A DNA stretch of 64,000 bases, taken from NCBI GenBank assembly GCA_043797975.1, contig JAZDPC010000056.1, positions 124,491-188,490 of the forward strand, given 5' to 3'. Made by a program: the position numbers and the translations under genes. Each line of letters starts with the position of its first letter. The stretch's first letter is position 1. This stretch comes from Bacteroidota bacterium. Its GTDB lineage: Bacteria; Bacteroidota; Bacteroidia; Bacteroidales; UBA12481. The notes below the pieces were generated by a model that saw nothing but the letters and a program-made list of their open reading frames with translations, did not search any database and had not been told where the DNA came from. Of this stretch, positions 17,546 to 31,795 are shown piece after piece.

Positions 17546-18484
17546 ATGAAAATTGGTCTGGATATAATGGGGGGCGATTATGCCCCCCAGGCCACAACTA
17601 AGGGGGCCATCCTTGCATCAGGGGAACTGCCGCCGGACATTGAACTGGTTCTGATAGGTGACCGTATAGCCATTGAGACCATTTGCCGGGAAGAGAAGAT
17701 CGATCCCGGCATTTTTATTATAGTACATTCGACGGAGGTGATAGGGATGGGTGATCATCCCGTGAAAGCCTTCTCGATGAAAAAGGATTCGAGCATGGCA
17801 AAGGGTTTCCGTATGCTGAGCGAGGGAAAGCTCGATGGATTTTGCAGTTCGGGAAACACCGGGGCAATGCTGGCCGGTGCCATGTTTACCATCAAATCCA
17901 TCCCGGGAATCATCCGCCCCTGTATCCCGGCTGCCATTCCTCGCGGGGACAATGAATCTACACTTCTCCTGGATGTCGGCCTGAACCCCGACGCGCGTCC
18001 GGATGTTCTTTACCAGTATGCTATCATGGGCTCGCTGTTTGCGAGGAATGTTATGGGAATAGAAAATCCCAAGGTAGGATTACTCAATATCGGTGCTGAA
18101 GAAGAAAAGGGCAACCTTCTCACCAAGGCAACCTTTCAGGCTATGAAAGACACCACTGACTTTAACTTCATTGGCAACATAGAAGGGAACGAATTGTTCA
18201 CCGACAGAGCCGATGTCGTTGTCTGTGACGGCTTTACCGGTAACGTAATGTTGAAACTCGCAGAATCATTATATTATCTTATCAGAAAACTCGAAGTCAG
18301 CAATCCGTTCTTCGAAAGCCTGAATTACGAACTATCGGGCGGTACACCCATCCTGGGGATCGGATCGCCTGTGCTGATTGGCCATGGCCGTTCAACCCCG
18401 ACAGCCATTAAGAACATGTTGTTAAAGAACCGGGAAATCATTGAATCCGGTTTAATCAGGAAAATCAAACAAGCCTGTGAATAA
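17546..18484 (+). CDS. plsX: Phosphate acyltransferase PlsX
   Basis: MKIGLDIMGGDYAP start, GNTGA motif and 312 aa length, in the rpmF-plsX-fabH synteny. Confidence 0.9.
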   Translation: MKIGLDIMGGDYAPQATTKGAILASGELPPDIELVLIGDRIAIETICREEKIDPGIFIIVHSTEVIGMGDHPVKAFSMKKDSSMAKGFRMLSEGKLDGFCSSGNTGAMLAGAMFTIKSIPGIIRPCIPAAIPRGDNESTLLLDVGLNPDARPDVLYQYAIMGSLFARNVMGIENPKVGLLNIGAEEEKGNLLTKATFQAMKDTTDFNFIGNIEGNELFTDRADVVVCDGFTGNVMLKLAESLYYLIRKLEVSNPFFESLNYELSGGTPILGIGSPVLIGHGRSTPTAIKNMLLKNREIIESGLIRKIKQACE

Positions 18485-19476
18485 TGGGAAAAATTTATGC
18501 GGCGATAACAGGGATCGAGGCATACACTCCGCCTGACATTCTTACCAACGCCGATTTGGAAAAGATGGTTGACACCACCGATGAGTGGATCGTCACCCGC
18601 ACCGGGATCAGGGAACGCCACATTCTCAAGGATCCCAACAAAGGCAGTTCAGATCTTGCCGTTCCGGCGGTAAAGAAACTCCTTGAAAAAACCGGTACAC
18701 ATCACGAGGACATCGATATGGTGATCTGTACCACAGCTACCCCGGATATGACCTTTCCTGCTACCGCCAACATTATCAGCGACAAGTGCGGGATCAAGAA
18801 TGCCTTCAGCTTCGATCTGGCAGCCGCTTGCTCCGGTTTTATCTATATGCTTACGGTTGCATCGAAATTTATTGAGACCGGTACCTGCAAAAAAATTCTC
18901 TGCATCGGGGCCGATAAAATGTCGACCATCACCGATTACACCGACCGGAACACATGCCCCCTGTTCGGAGATGCTGCCGGCGTGGTGATGCTGGAACCCA
19001 GCACGGAATACGGGATCATTGATCATTTGCTCCGAACCGACGGCTCTGGCCGGAAGCACCTCTACCTGAAGGCCGGCGGATCGGCCAGACCGGCCAGTCA
19101 TGAAACGGTCGAGGCACGTGAACACTACATTTACCAGGAAGGCCAGACGGTTTTCAAGATGGCAGTAACCAAAATGGCTGACATCTCAGTGGAAATGATG
19201 AACAAGCACCATCTGGCCCCGGATAAACTCTGGCTTGTTCCCCATCAGGCCAACCTCAGGATCATCGAAGCTGTCGGACGCCGCATGGGGCTCGATCCCA
19301 GCCGTGTAATGGTGAATATCCAGAAATACGGGAATACCACTACTGCCACCATCCCATTGGTCATATCAGAATATGAAAGCAGGCTTCATAAAGGCGATCA
19401 ATTGATCCTGGCCGCATTCGGAGGAGGATTCACGTGGGGATCCCTGTATCTGACCTGGGCTTATGACCCTGTTTAA
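18484..19476 (+). CDS. fabH: 3-oxoacyl-ACP synthase III
   Basis: Active-site context FDLAAACSGFIY, then HQANLRII and GNTTTATIP. The ATG overlaps the plsX stop by 1 nt. Confidence 0.9.
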   Translation: MGKIYAAITGIEAYTPPDILTNADLEKMVDTTDEWIVTRTGIRERHILKDPNKGSSDLAVPAVKKLLEKTGTHHEDIDMVICTTATPDMTFPATANIISDKCGIKNAFSFDLAAACSGFIYMLTVASKFIETGTCKKILCIGADKMSTITDYTDRNTCPLFGDAAGVVMLEPSTEYGIIDHLLRTDGSGRKHLYLKAGGSARPASHETVEAREHYIYQEGQTVFKMAVTKMADISVEMMNKHHLAPDKLWLVPHQANLRIIEAVGRRMGLDPSRVMVNIQKYGNTTTATIPLVISEYESRLHKGDQLILAAFGGGFTWGSLYLTWAYDPV

Positions 19477-19479
19477 AAC

Positions 19480-19510
19480 TTTGTTGATAGTCCGTTTTTT
19501 TTTACATTTA
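19480..19510 (+). promoter_or_regulatory. Candidate promoter: -33 TTTG (19480-19483), 19-nt spacer, -7 TAcaTTTA (19503-19510)
   Basis: The spacing matches the Bacteroides consensus. The -7 box has A instead of the final G. It lies upstream of the bactofilin gene. Confidence 0.4.
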
Positions 19511-19530
19511 CCTGATCAAAACAAAGATTT

Positions 19531-19911
19531 ATGACAAAGGAGATTGAAACAACCCATGCAATTAACCTGATATCAGCAGGCAGCCTGGTTAACGGTGATA
19601 TAGAATCCAATTCCGGATTCCGGATCGATGGACAGATCAGGGGGAAAATGAATATCAAAGGTAAAGTGGTCATCGGAGGTACCGGGCAGATCACAGGCGA
19701 TATTCTCTGCCAGACGCTTGAAGTTTCAGGCTATGTTAATGGCAATATTCAGGCTACTGAACTGGTCAGCCTTAAATCATCGGCAAAAATCAACGGTGAG
19801 ATCATCACCCGGAAACTTGCTATTGAACCAGGGGCAATCTTCACCGGAAATTGTAAAATGGATGGAGAAGGGGATGCAAAAAGGAAAGAGCCCATCCAGA
19901 CTCCCCAATAA
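19531..19911 (+). CDS. Bactofilin (polymer-forming cytoskeletal protein, DUF583)
   Basis: Repetitive beta-helix pattern (GDIESNSGFRIDGQIRGKMNIKGKVVIGGTGQITGDILCQTLEVSGYVNGNIQA...KINGEI). Confidence 0.8.
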   Translation: MTKEIETTHAINLISAGSLVNGDIESNSGFRIDGQIRGKMNIKGKVVIGGTGQITGDILCQTLEVSGYVNGNIQATELVSLKSSAKINGEIITRKLAIEPGAIFTGNCKMDGEGDAKRKEPIQTPQ

Positions 19912-20119
19912 TCTCGACAAAGAGAAACGGTCACTTCGGGAGTATGCCCGGTACTCAAGCCTGGGTTTTCAGATTGTTGCGGTCGTCCTGACCGCTTTTT
20001 TTATCGGACATATGCTTGATAAATGGATACCCACGGGATTTCCTTTGTTTACACTGATATTCTCGCTGGGCGGTTTGGCAACCATGCTATATTTACTGAT
20101 TAAAGATCTGATGAAATGA
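19874..20119 (+). CDS. AtpZ/AtpI-family small membrane protein (ATPase_gene1-like)
   Basis: YARYSSLGFQIVAVVLTAFFIGHMLDKW followed by a second TM segment. The only in-frame ATGs (19862, 19874) lie inside the bactofilin 3' end, so the two genes overlap by at least 38 nt. Confidence 0.55.
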   Translation: MQKGKSPSRLPNNLDKEKRSLREYARYSSLGFQIVAVVLTAFFIGHMLDKWIPTGFPLFTLIFSLGGLATMLYLLIKDLMK

Positions 20120-20508
20120 AGAATGTTGAGACAATGTACTGGGTCAAGCTGGGGCTCCTGTCTGTCGTACTGGCCGCAGCCGCCTGGATTGTTTTTGGAG
20201 TGATCATGCCGGAATTTTATCCGAAGGGTTTGCCCTGGTTCCTTGGGCTGGTGATCCTGGTCACGGCCGGTGGGCAGGTGCTGCTCACCTGGGTCTTAAA
20301 AACGAATCCCGGGAAATTCAGCAGCTGGTTCATGATTTACAAGTCGGTGAAGCTGCTCATCATTATGGGCGTCATGCTGATTTTTATTCTTACTGACCGG
20401 GAAAACAGTATCTCCTTTCTGATATCGGTTTTTATTATTTACCTGGTTTATATGCTTTTTGAGGCCGCTTCACTGAATAAGGCATCCAGGAAAGAAGCGG
20501 AACGATAA
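20116..20508 (+). CDS. Small 4-TM membrane protein of the atp locus (AtpI-like position)
   Basis: 130 aa and hydrophobic. It overlaps the previous stop by 4 nt (ATGA) and lies directly upstream of atpB. Confidence 0.45.
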   Translation: MKNVETMYWVKLGLLSVVLAAAAWIVFGVIMPEFYPKGLPWFLGLVILVTAGGQVLLTWVLKTNPGKFSSWFMIYKSVKLLIIMGVMLIFILTDRENSISFLISVFIIYLVYMLFEAASLNKASRKEAER

Positions 20509-20514
20509 ATTTTA

Positions 20515-20522
20515 TACTTTTG
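20515..20522 (+). promoter_or_regulatory. -7 box TActTTTG upstream of atpB
   Basis: Exact TAnnTTTG match 24 nt before ATG 20547. It overlaps the TTG used by the ORF track, which argues for the ATG start. Confidence 0.4.
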
Positions 20523-20546
20523 CTACTTCGTTTAAAACGAACAGGA

Positions 20547-21945
<1,399 letters not shown>

Positions 21946-21951
21946 CCAGGT

Positions 21952-21986
21952 CGCAATCCCGCTTTGGCGGGGTTGCGGCTTTTTTA
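21952..21986 (+). terminator. Stable hairpin plus T-run between atpE and atpF (intra-operon attenuator or terminator)
   Basis: cgcaatcccgc-tttg-gcggggttgcg, an 11-bp stem with one G-U pair, followed by gctttttt. Confidence 0.5.
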
Positions 21987-21997
21987 AAAGTAAAACT

Positions 21998-22492
21998 ATG
22001 GGATTAGTTGCACCAGATTACGGTACCATTTTCTGGATGATTGTGGTCTTTGCCCTGGTTTTCTTCATCCTGAAGAAATTTGGCTGGGGACCCATCCTGA
22101 GAATGTTGAAAAAGCGGGAAGAATCGATCAATAAAGCTCTTCAGTCGGCTGAGCTTGCAAGGGAAGAGGTTAGCCAGCTCAAGGTCGGCCATGACCAGAT
22201 GATGCAGGAAGCCAGGATGGAGCGCGAAAAGCTTATGGCCGAAGCCCGTGTCATCAAGGAACAGATGATAGAAAAAGCACGCGAAGAGGCAGCCCGCGAA
22301 ACTGAAAAGCTTCTTGGTTTGTCGCACAGGCAGATTGAAAGCGAGAAGCTTGCTGCCATCAGTGAAATCAGGCAGCAAGTGGCTGTTTTATCGGTTGACA
22401 TTGCGGAAAAGATCCTCCGGAAACAGCTGAAGGATCGCCGGGAGCAGGAAGGCCTGATCCGGGAGCAGCTTCGCGACCTCAAACTAAATTAA
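21998..22492 (+). CDS. atpF: F0F1 ATP synthase subunit b
   Basis: N-terminal TM segment (IFWMIVVFALVFFILKKFGW) followed by a long charged helix. Confidence 0.85.
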   Translation: MGLVAPDYGTIFWMIVVFALVFFILKKFGWGPILRMLKKREESINKALQSAELAREEVSQLKVGHDQMMQEARMEREKLMAEARVIKEQMIEKAREEAARETEKLLGLSHRQIESEKLAAISEIRQQVAVLSVDIAEKILRKQLKDRREQEGLIREQLRDLKLN

Positions 22493-22496
22493 ACTG

Positions 22497-23042
22497 ATGA
22501 ACAACAGCCGTATAGCTTCAAGGTATGCCCGGGCATTGTATACCCTGGTCAAGGAACAGGGTAAGATCGAACCGGTTAGGGATAACCTTGCCGGTCTGGT
22601 GGAGCTGTTGAATGAATCGGCTGAGTTCCGGACTCTTTTGGAGAGCCCGGTTTTGCAAGGATCGGAGAAATCAAAAATAGTGATCGCCCTTCTAAGCGGA
22701 CGGGTTGACCCGGTAACGCTCGACTTCCTGAACATGCTGATTGATCACAAGCGTGAATTATATCTGGCATCGATTTACAGAATGTTCCAGCATATGTATA
22801 AAGCCGAACAGGGAGTTTTAGAGGCGGAGGTTGAATCGGCCGTTCCGATGGATGACACTCTTCTGGCCGATCTTAAATCGAGGCTGGAGAAATCCACGGG
22901 AAGCAGCATAGACTTCAAGACCACCGTCAACGATGAACTGATAGGCGGTTTTAAACTGACACTGGAAGATCAGCAACTGGATGCCAGTGTTCTTACACAG
23001 CTGAGAAAAATTAAACAGGAATTAAGAGAATCAAAGAATTAA
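22497..23042 (+). CDS. atpH: F0F1 ATP synthase subunit delta (OSCP)
   Basis: The IASRYARALY start, 181 aa length, and its position between atpF and atpA. Confidence 0.85.
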   Translation: MNNSRIASRYARALYTLVKEQGKIEPVRDNLAGLVELLNESAEFRTLLESPVLQGSEKSKIVIALLSGRVDPVTLDFLNMLIDHKRELYLASIYRMFQHMYKAEQGVLEAEVESAVPMDDTLLADLKSRLEKSTGSSIDFKTTVNDELIGGFKLTLEDQQLDASVLTQLRKIKQELRESKN

Positions 23043-23048
23043 CAGATC

Positions 23049-24629
23049 ATGGCAAGCATTAAACCGGCGGAGATATCGCAGATTTTACGTCAGCAGCTTG
23101 AGGGACTGAAGCTCGACGCCAGTCTCGAGGAGGTGGGAACCGTATTGGAGGTGGGCGATGGCATTGCCCGTATTTACGGACTTTCCAATGTTCAGAGCAA
23201 TGAGTTGGTGGAGTTTTTTAACGGGGTGATGGGCATCGTACTCAATCTCGAAGAAGATAACGTTGGAGTCGTATTGCTTGGGCCATCCGCTGGAATCCGC
23301 GAAGGAAGCCAGGTGAGGAGGACCCGGAGGATCGCCTCAATTCCGGTAGGTGAAGGCTTGTTGGGCCGTGTGATCAATACGATCGGCCAGCCTCTCGACG
23401 GGAAAGGACCGATTACCGGAACCCTGATCGACCTTCCGCTCGAAAGGAAAGCTCCGGGTGTTATATTCCGTCAGCGGGTCAACCGGCCGATTCAAACGGG
23501 TATTAAAGCTATTGACGCCATGATCCCGATCGGACGGGGACAGCGTGAGCTGATCATCGGCGACCGTCAGACAGGTAAAACGGCCATTGCGGTTGATGCG
23601 ATCATCAATCAGAAAGAGTTTTACGAACAAGGCAAGCCGGTATATTGCATCTATGTTGCTATCGGCCAGAAAGGCTCGACCGTCGCCCGGATCGCCAAGA
23701 CCTTCGAGGAGTATGGAGCCATGCCTTATACGGTTATTGTTACGGCAACCGCCAGCGATCCGGCCGCATTGCAGTTTTATGCCCCGTTCGCCGGAGCCGC
23801 CATCGGTGAGTTTTTCCGTGATACGGGACGCGATGCCCTGATCATTTATGACGACCTTTCGAAACAGGCTGTTTCATACCGCGAAGTATCCCTGCTGCTC
23901 CGCAGGCCTCCGGGAAGGGAAGCTTATCCGGGTGATGTGTTTTATCTTCATTCGAGGCTCCTCGAACGTGCGGCTAAAATCATCGAAAGCGATGAAGTTG
24001 CCAGGCAAATGAATGACCTGCCCGAAGTCCTCCGCTCACAAGTCAAGGGGGGAGGTTCACTTACTGCTCTTCCGATCATAGAAACCCAGGCCGGCGATGT
24101 ATCGGCCTATATTCCGACCAACGTGATCTCCATTACCGATGGTCAGATATTTCTCGAGTCGAGCTTGTTTAACTCCGGCATCCGGCCAGCCATCAACGTG
24201 GGTATTTCTGTATCACGTGTCGGTGGTGATGCCCAGATCAAATCCATGAAAAGGGTGGCAGGCTCCCTTAAACTCGATCAGGCTCAATACCGCGAACTGG
24301 AAGCATTTTCCAAATTCGGTTCCGATCTGGATGCCGCTACCCTAGGCGTACTGGGTAAAGGAGCACGCAACGTTGAGATCCTGAAGCAGAACCTTCATGA
24401 TCCCTACCCTGTTGAAAACCAAATCGCGATACTATTCTGCGGAACCCGCGGGCTGCTGAGCGATGTACCGGTTGGCAAGGTCAAAGAGTTTGAGCGGGAA
24501 TTCATCGAATTCGTGAGAATGAAATATCCGGAGATTCTTGATACCTTCAGGAAAGGACAGTTCCCCGACGAAGCCGATGCAATACTGACCCGGACGGCAG
24601 AAGAATTAACGGGCAAATACAGGCAATAA
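23049..24629 (+). CDS. atpA: F0F1 ATP synthase subunit alpha
   Basis: Walker A GDRQTGKT, plus [43 protein letters not shown]. Confidence 0.97.
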   Translation: MASIKPAEISQILRQQLEGLKLDASLEEVGTVLEVGDGIARIYGLSNVQSNELVEFFNGVMGIVLNLEEDNVGVVLLGPSAGIREGSQVRRTRRIASIPVGEGLLGRVINTIGQPLDGKGPITGTLIDLPLERKAPGVIFRQRVNRPIQTGIKAIDAMIPIGRGQRELIIGDRQTGKTAIAVDAIINQKEFYEQGKPVYCIYVAIGQKGSTVARIAKTFEEYGAMPYTVIVTATASDPAALQFYAPFAGAAIGEFFRDTGRDALIIYDDLSKQAVSYREVSLLLRRPPGREAYPGDVFYLHSRLLERAAKIIESDEVARQMNDLPEVLRSQVKGGGSLTALPIIETQAGDVSAYIPTNVISITDGQIFLESSLFNSGIRPAINVGISVSRVGGDAQIKSMKRVAGSLKLDQAQYRELEAFSKFGSDLDAATLGVLGKGARNVEILKQNLHDPYPVENQIAILFCGTRGLLSDVPVGKVKEFEREFIEFVRMKYPEILDTFRKGQFPDEADAILTRTAEELTGKYRQ

Positions 24630-24644
24630 AGCAATTACGGGCTA

Positions 24645-25526
24645 ATGGCAAGCTTAAAGGAAATACGTCGGCGGATCACTTCGACCAAATCGACAAGGCA
24701 GATCACCAGCGCCATGAAAATGGTTGCGGCAGCCAAGCTGAAAAGGGCACAGGATGCGATCATCCAGATCAGGCCTTATGCCTTGCGCCTGCACGATATG
24801 ATCGGCCAGGTAAGCGCTACGGTTGACGACCAGGAACTCAGCCCGCTGACGGTCAGTCGTGAACCCAACAAGGTTCTGCTCGTTGTTATCTCAGCGAACA
24901 GGGGCCTGTGCGGGGGGTTCAACGCCAATGTGGTGAAAAGGGTGATCGAGGAGGCTGCTGTCCGGTATTCACTGCAGCGGGGGAAGGGTGCCCTGCACAT
25001 GCTTTTCATCGGTAGAAAAGGAGCAGAAATGCTGAAAACCAAAGGTTTCGGGAAATGGCCCCAGCAAAATGAACTGGTTGAGAAAGCTTCATTAAGCCGT
25101 TCAAACGACTTGGCAGAACAGCTGATCGAATGGTTCATTAAAGGAGAGTATGATCGTATTGATATCATTTACAATCAATTTAGAAATGCAGCCAATCAGG
25201 CTGTGACCACCGAACAGTTCCTGCCCGTTAAACCGGTTGATTCGGGCAGAACAAAACAGAAGCAGCCTAATTTCATTTTTGAACCGGGATTGGAATCTCT
25301 GGTCACACAGTTAATCCCCGAAGCTCTTAAGATACAGTTATACAAATCGTTGCTTGACTCCCTGGCCTCACAATACGGAGCCCAGATGACGGCTATGCAC
25401 CAGGCCACAGACAATGCCACTGAAATGATCCGTGACCTGACCCTTGAATACAACCGGGTCCGCCAGGCTACCATTACCAGTGAACTGATCGAGATCGTAA
25501 GCGGGGCCGAAGCCCTAAAATCATAA
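24645..25526 (+). CDS. atpG: F0F1 ATP synthase subunit gamma
   Basis: MASLKEIRRRITSTKSTRQITSAMKMVAAAKLKRAQ at the start and the C-terminal ITSELIEIVSGAEAL. Confidence 0.93.
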   Translation: MASLKEIRRRITSTKSTRQITSAMKMVAAAKLKRAQDAIIQIRPYALRLHDMIGQVSATVDDQELSPLTVSREPNKVLLVVISANRGLCGGFNANVVKRVIEEAAVRYSLQRGKGALHMLFIGRKGAEMLKTKGFGKWPQQNELVEKASLSRSNDLAEQLIEWFIKGEYDRIDIIYNQFRNAANQAVTTEQFLPVKPVDSGRTKQKQPNFIFEPGLESLVTQLIPEALKIQLYKSLLDSLASQYGAQMTAMHQATDNATEMIRDLTLEYNRVRQATITSELIEIVSGAEALKS

Positions 25527-25536
25527 TTATCATCTG

Positions 25537-26916
25537 ATGAGAAAATCCGGCTTACTGTTACTTCTGATATCCTTACAGCTACAATTGCCGGCTCAATATT
25601 CCATCCGGGTCAAGGTTGACTCCATGCCTACCCGGAAGGCCTATCTGTTTGAGTATATCGGAATGAAAAACAACATGCTGGATTCTGCCAGGGTGGCTCC
25701 TGACGGAACTTTTTCCTTTACGCTGCCGGCATCCGCTCATCCGGGACTCTACCGGATCGTTGTGGGACCCGAGCAGTTCTGGGATATCATATTCAACCGT
25801 GAGCAGATCATGATGCAGACCCATTTCAACGCCATTATTGACAGCCTCAAAATAACAGAATCAGTAGAGAATCAGCTGCTTAACCGGTACATGCGGTTTT
25901 TTATCGGGATGAACCGGAAAGCGGAAACACTCCAACGGCTTGCCGGACTTTATCCTGCCGGTGATCCCTTCCGCGATCAGGTCCTCAAGGAACTCCAGAA
26001 GGTACGGGCCTCGGATCCTGAACAGGTGCCCCGCGAGATCATCGATACGTATCCTGCCAGCTATGCCGCCAGGTTCCTGAAAATGGAGCTGAATCCGAGA
26101 GTGCCTGCCGGTGTTCCTGCTCAGAATGAGATGATCTATGTGCTGGATCATTTTTGGGATGACATCGATTTTCATGATACATCACTGATGTACAGTCCCG
26201 GATTGTCCAACAAAATCAGACTCTATTTCAGCCTGTTCCAGCGCGCCATCCCACCAAAAGAAATTGAGGAAGCCATGAAGAAAGGGCTTGACCGTGTAAT
26301 GTCAGCTGCGGCAGTGAATGATATCCTGTTCGAGTTCATTCTCCAGGATATTGCCGATTGGGCGGAGCGTACGGAGTACGACGATTTTTTTTCCTATCTC
26401 ACCGAGTTTTACCTGGCCCAGGCCTCCTGCACGGATGAAAAAAGGAAAGGTGAATTCAGTGATATTATTGCGTCGTACCAGAAGACCGCCCCCGGAAAGG
26501 TGGTACCCGAGATTGTGATCCCGCGCGACAAGGGCGGAGCCCTGATCCTGTCGGAGATCCCTTCAAAATTTATCCTGATACTGTTCTGGGCCAGCTGGTG
26601 CCCTCATTGCTCCGAAATCCTTCCCCAGATCAAGGCACTTTACGACAAGTACAAAAGATCTGATCTGGAAATTCTTGCCATCTCGCTGGACGATAAAGCG
26701 GAGGATTGGCAGAAAGCTGTCAGTGAAAATGGATATAACTGGATTAACCATTCTGAGTTGAAAGGTTGGGATTGTTCAATTGCCTATGACTACGGTATCC
26801 GGGCAACACCGACACTCATCCTGATAGACAAGACCAGAACGGTAGTCGGAAAACCGAGGAATGCCTCTCTCCTGGAACAGAGATTGAATGAGCTGGGCCT
26901 CAAGCCTTTAAAATAA
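25537..26916 (+). CDS. TlpA/ResA-like thiol:disulfide oxidoreductase with a long N-terminal domain
   Basis: Signal peptide, and a C-terminal thioredoxin fold with WASWCPHC. Confidence 0.7.
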   Translation: MRKSGLLLLLISLQLQLPAQYSIRVKVDSMPTRKAYLFEYIGMKNNMLDSARVAPDGTFSFTLPASAHPGLYRIVVGPEQFWDIIFNREQIMMQTHFNAIIDSLKITESVENQLLNRYMRFFIGMNRKAETLQRLAGLYPAGDPFRDQVLKELQKVRASDPEQVPREIIDTYPASYAARFLKMELNPRVPAGVPAQNEMIYVLDHFWDDIDFHDTSLMYSPGLSNKIRLYFSLFQRAIPPKEIEEAMKKGLDRVMSAAAVNDILFEFILQDIADWAERTEYDDFFSYLTEFYLAQASCTDEKRKGEFSDIIASYQKTAPGKVVPEIVIPRDKGGALILSEIPSKFILILFWASWCPHCSEILPQIKALYDKYKRSDLEILAISLDDKAEDWQKAVSENGYNWINHSELKGWDCSIAYDYGIRATPTLILIDKTRTVVGKPRNASLLEQRLNELGLKPLK

Positions 26917-26922
26917 TTTCAG

Positions 26923-29244
26923 ATGTTTTGGGCACGAATAGCACGATTAATCCTGCGCAACCGGATAGCCATTGTGGTGGTTGTGGGCCTGATCACACTC
27001 TTCATGCTTTGGGAAATGCGGGGCCTGAAAATCGATTACGGCTATTCCGGTATGCTGCCCGAAACCGACAGCGTCACAATCAAACTGGAGCAATTTAACC
27101 AGATGTTCGGCGAAGATGCCGGACTCTTCTTTTTTGGTTTTGAGGACCCCGATTTTTATACTCTCGACCGATTCAGGACCTTCAGCGAGCTTAATGATCA
27201 GCTTCGTCAGATCGAGGGAGTCAACAGCGTCCTTTCGGTTTATGATGCCATCAACCTGAAGAAAAATCCGGAAAACAAAACCTTTGACCTTTACAGGGTA
27301 TTCCCCGATACCATAACGGACCAGAAGCAGCTGGATTCACTGGCTGCCTCATTCCGGTCGCTTCCAATCTACAGGGACCTGGTCTATTCCGATTCATCAA
27401 ACATGTTCCTGATGGTGATGACGATGGACAAGAGTTGCATCAACACAAAAGACCGGGTGAGGATTGTGGACGAGATGAAGGCTCTGACGGAGGAATACGG
27501 GAAAAGCCAGAATTTGAAAATCCATTATTCCGGGCTACCCTATGTGAGGACTACACTAGCAGAGATCATCCAGAGGGAATTTATTAAATTCCTCATTCTG
27601 TCGGCAGTAGCAACGACATTAATCCTCTTTTTATTTTTCCGTTCATTAATAACCGTCTTTTTCTCGGTTGTGATCATGGCGATCGGTGTGGTTTGGGCGT
27701 TGGCCGGAATCGTGCTGATCGGATCCACGATAACGGTCCTGAATGCCATGATACCGGCTCTCCTGATTGTCATTGCGGTTCCCAATAATATTTACCTGCT
27801 GAACAAGTACCATGGAGAGTACGCAAAACACAAGAATAAGGTTAAAGCTCTCCATCGGGTGATTCAGAATGTAGGCGCGGAGATATTTATGACCAACCTG
27901 ACCACTGCCGCCGGATTTGCCACCTTTATGACCATCAATAACGAGATGATCAGGAATTTCGGACTGATTTCATCGGTCAATATCATGGTTTTGTATTTTT
28001 TATGTCTGACCCTGATGCCGATCTTCTTCTCGTTTTTACCCCCGCCGAGGGAAAAGCATGTAAGGCATCTTGATAATCGCGTGATCAACCGGATTGTTGA
28101 CCGGCTGGTGTCCCTGGTAAGATTTAAAAGGAAAGGGATATATCTTTCAGTATTACTTATTGTTGTGGTTTCTGCAATCGGGATAACCAGGATGAAATCG
28201 ACAGGCTATATTCTGGATGATATTCCAAAGGAGAATCCTTTAAGCAAGGATCTGAAATTCTTTGAAAACTCGATACGGGGTGTTATGCCTCTCGAGGTTG
28301 CCATAGATACCAAAAAGCCCAACGGAGTATTATCGGGGAATTTTCTCCGGAAAGTGGAGGATTTTCAGGAATATGCCGAAGAGTTCCCCGAGCTGGGTCG
28401 TTCTTTTTGTATTGCAGACGGGATGAAAGTGGCCATGCAAGCGTATTACAACGGAGATAAAAAACATTATAAACTTCCAAGTCAGCAGGAGCGCGCTTTT
28501 ATTTTGCCCTATCTCTCAGGGCAGATCGAAGCCAATCCGATCATTGCCTCTTTCATTGATTCCGCCAGTCAGAAAATGCGGATCAATATGCGTATTGCCG
28601 ATGTCGGTAATGACCGGATGGAAGAAATCACCGGACTGCTCCAGGAGCACCTTGATTCCCTGTTTTCACCAGGGCAGTACAACACCATTCTGACCGGTTC
28701 CAGCATGCTGTACACACTGGGAACAAAGTATCTGATCAGGAACCTGGTACAGAGTCTGGCGATCGCCATATTCTTAATCGCGATCTTTATTGCCTGGATG
28801 TACCGCAACTCCAGGATGGTATTTGTTGCAGTGGCCGGGAACCTGATTCCCCTCCTGTTTACAGCCGGATTGATGGGATATGCCAATATTTCCGTCAAGC
28901 CTTCCACCTTGCTTGTTTTTAGTGTCACGTATGGAATTGCAGTAGATACTGCCATTCATTTTCTTTCGAAATACCGCCAGCATCTGGCATGCCCGGGAAT
29001 TGACAAGGAGGCGGCTATTATTCAAACCCTCAGGGAAGTCGGCGTAAGCGTAATTTACACAGTTTCGGTTCTGTTTGTCGGATTTGGAATATTTGTCGCA
29101 TCTGAATTTGGCGGAACGAAAACAATGGGATTTCTGATGAGTCTCACATTGCTTATCGCAGTGATTGCCAATTTGCTGTTAGTGCCATCGATCCTTCTGG
29201 GAAAGATCATGAAGGACAAGGCGGCACCGGCCATTAACCAATGA
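26923..29244 (+). CDS. MMPL/RND-superfamily (SSD-type) transporter
   Basis: 773 aa with two clusters of about 6 TM helices, each preceded by a large extracytoplasmic domain. Confidence 0.7.
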   Translation: MFWARIARLILRNRIAIVVVVGLITLFMLWEMRGLKIDYGYSGMLPETDSVTIKLEQFNQMFGEDAGLFFFGFEDPDFYTLDRFRTFSELNDQLRQIEGVNSVLSVYDAINLKKNPENKTFDLYRVFPDTITDQKQLDSLAASFRSLPIYRDLVYSDSSNMFLMVMTMDKSCINTKDRVRIVDEMKALTEEYGKSQNLKIHYSGLPYVRTTLAEIIQREFIKFLILSAVATTLILFLFFRSLITVFFSVVIMAIGVVWALAGIVLIGSTITVLNAMIPALLIVIAVPNNIYLLNKYHGEYAKHKNKVKALHRVIQNVGAEIFMTNLTTAAGFATFMTINNEMIRNFGLISSVNIMVLYFLCLTLMPIFFSFLPPPREKHVRHLDNRVINRIVDRLVSLVRFKRKGIYLSVLLIVVVSAIGITRMKSTGYILDDIPKENPLSKDLKFFENSIRGVMPLEVAIDTKKPNGVLSGNFLRKVEDFQEYAEEFPELGRSFCIADGMKVAMQAYYNGDKKHYKLPSQQERAFILPYLSGQIEANPIIASFIDSASQKMRINMRIADVGNDRMEEITGLLQEHLDSLFSPGQYNTILTGSSMLYTLGTKYLIRNLVQSLAIAIFLIAIFIAWMYRNSRMVFVAVAGNLIPLLFTAGLMGYANISVKPSTLLVFSVTYGIAVDTAIHFLSKYRQHLACPGIDKEAAIIQTLREVGVSVIYTVSVLFVGFGIFVASEFGGTKTMGFLMSLTLLIAVIANLLLVPSILLGKIMKDKAAPAINQ

Positions 29245-29254
29245 AAGATCCGGT

Positions 29255-31776
<2,522 letters not shown>

Positions 31777-31795
31777 CAATTAAAATCCGATTATC

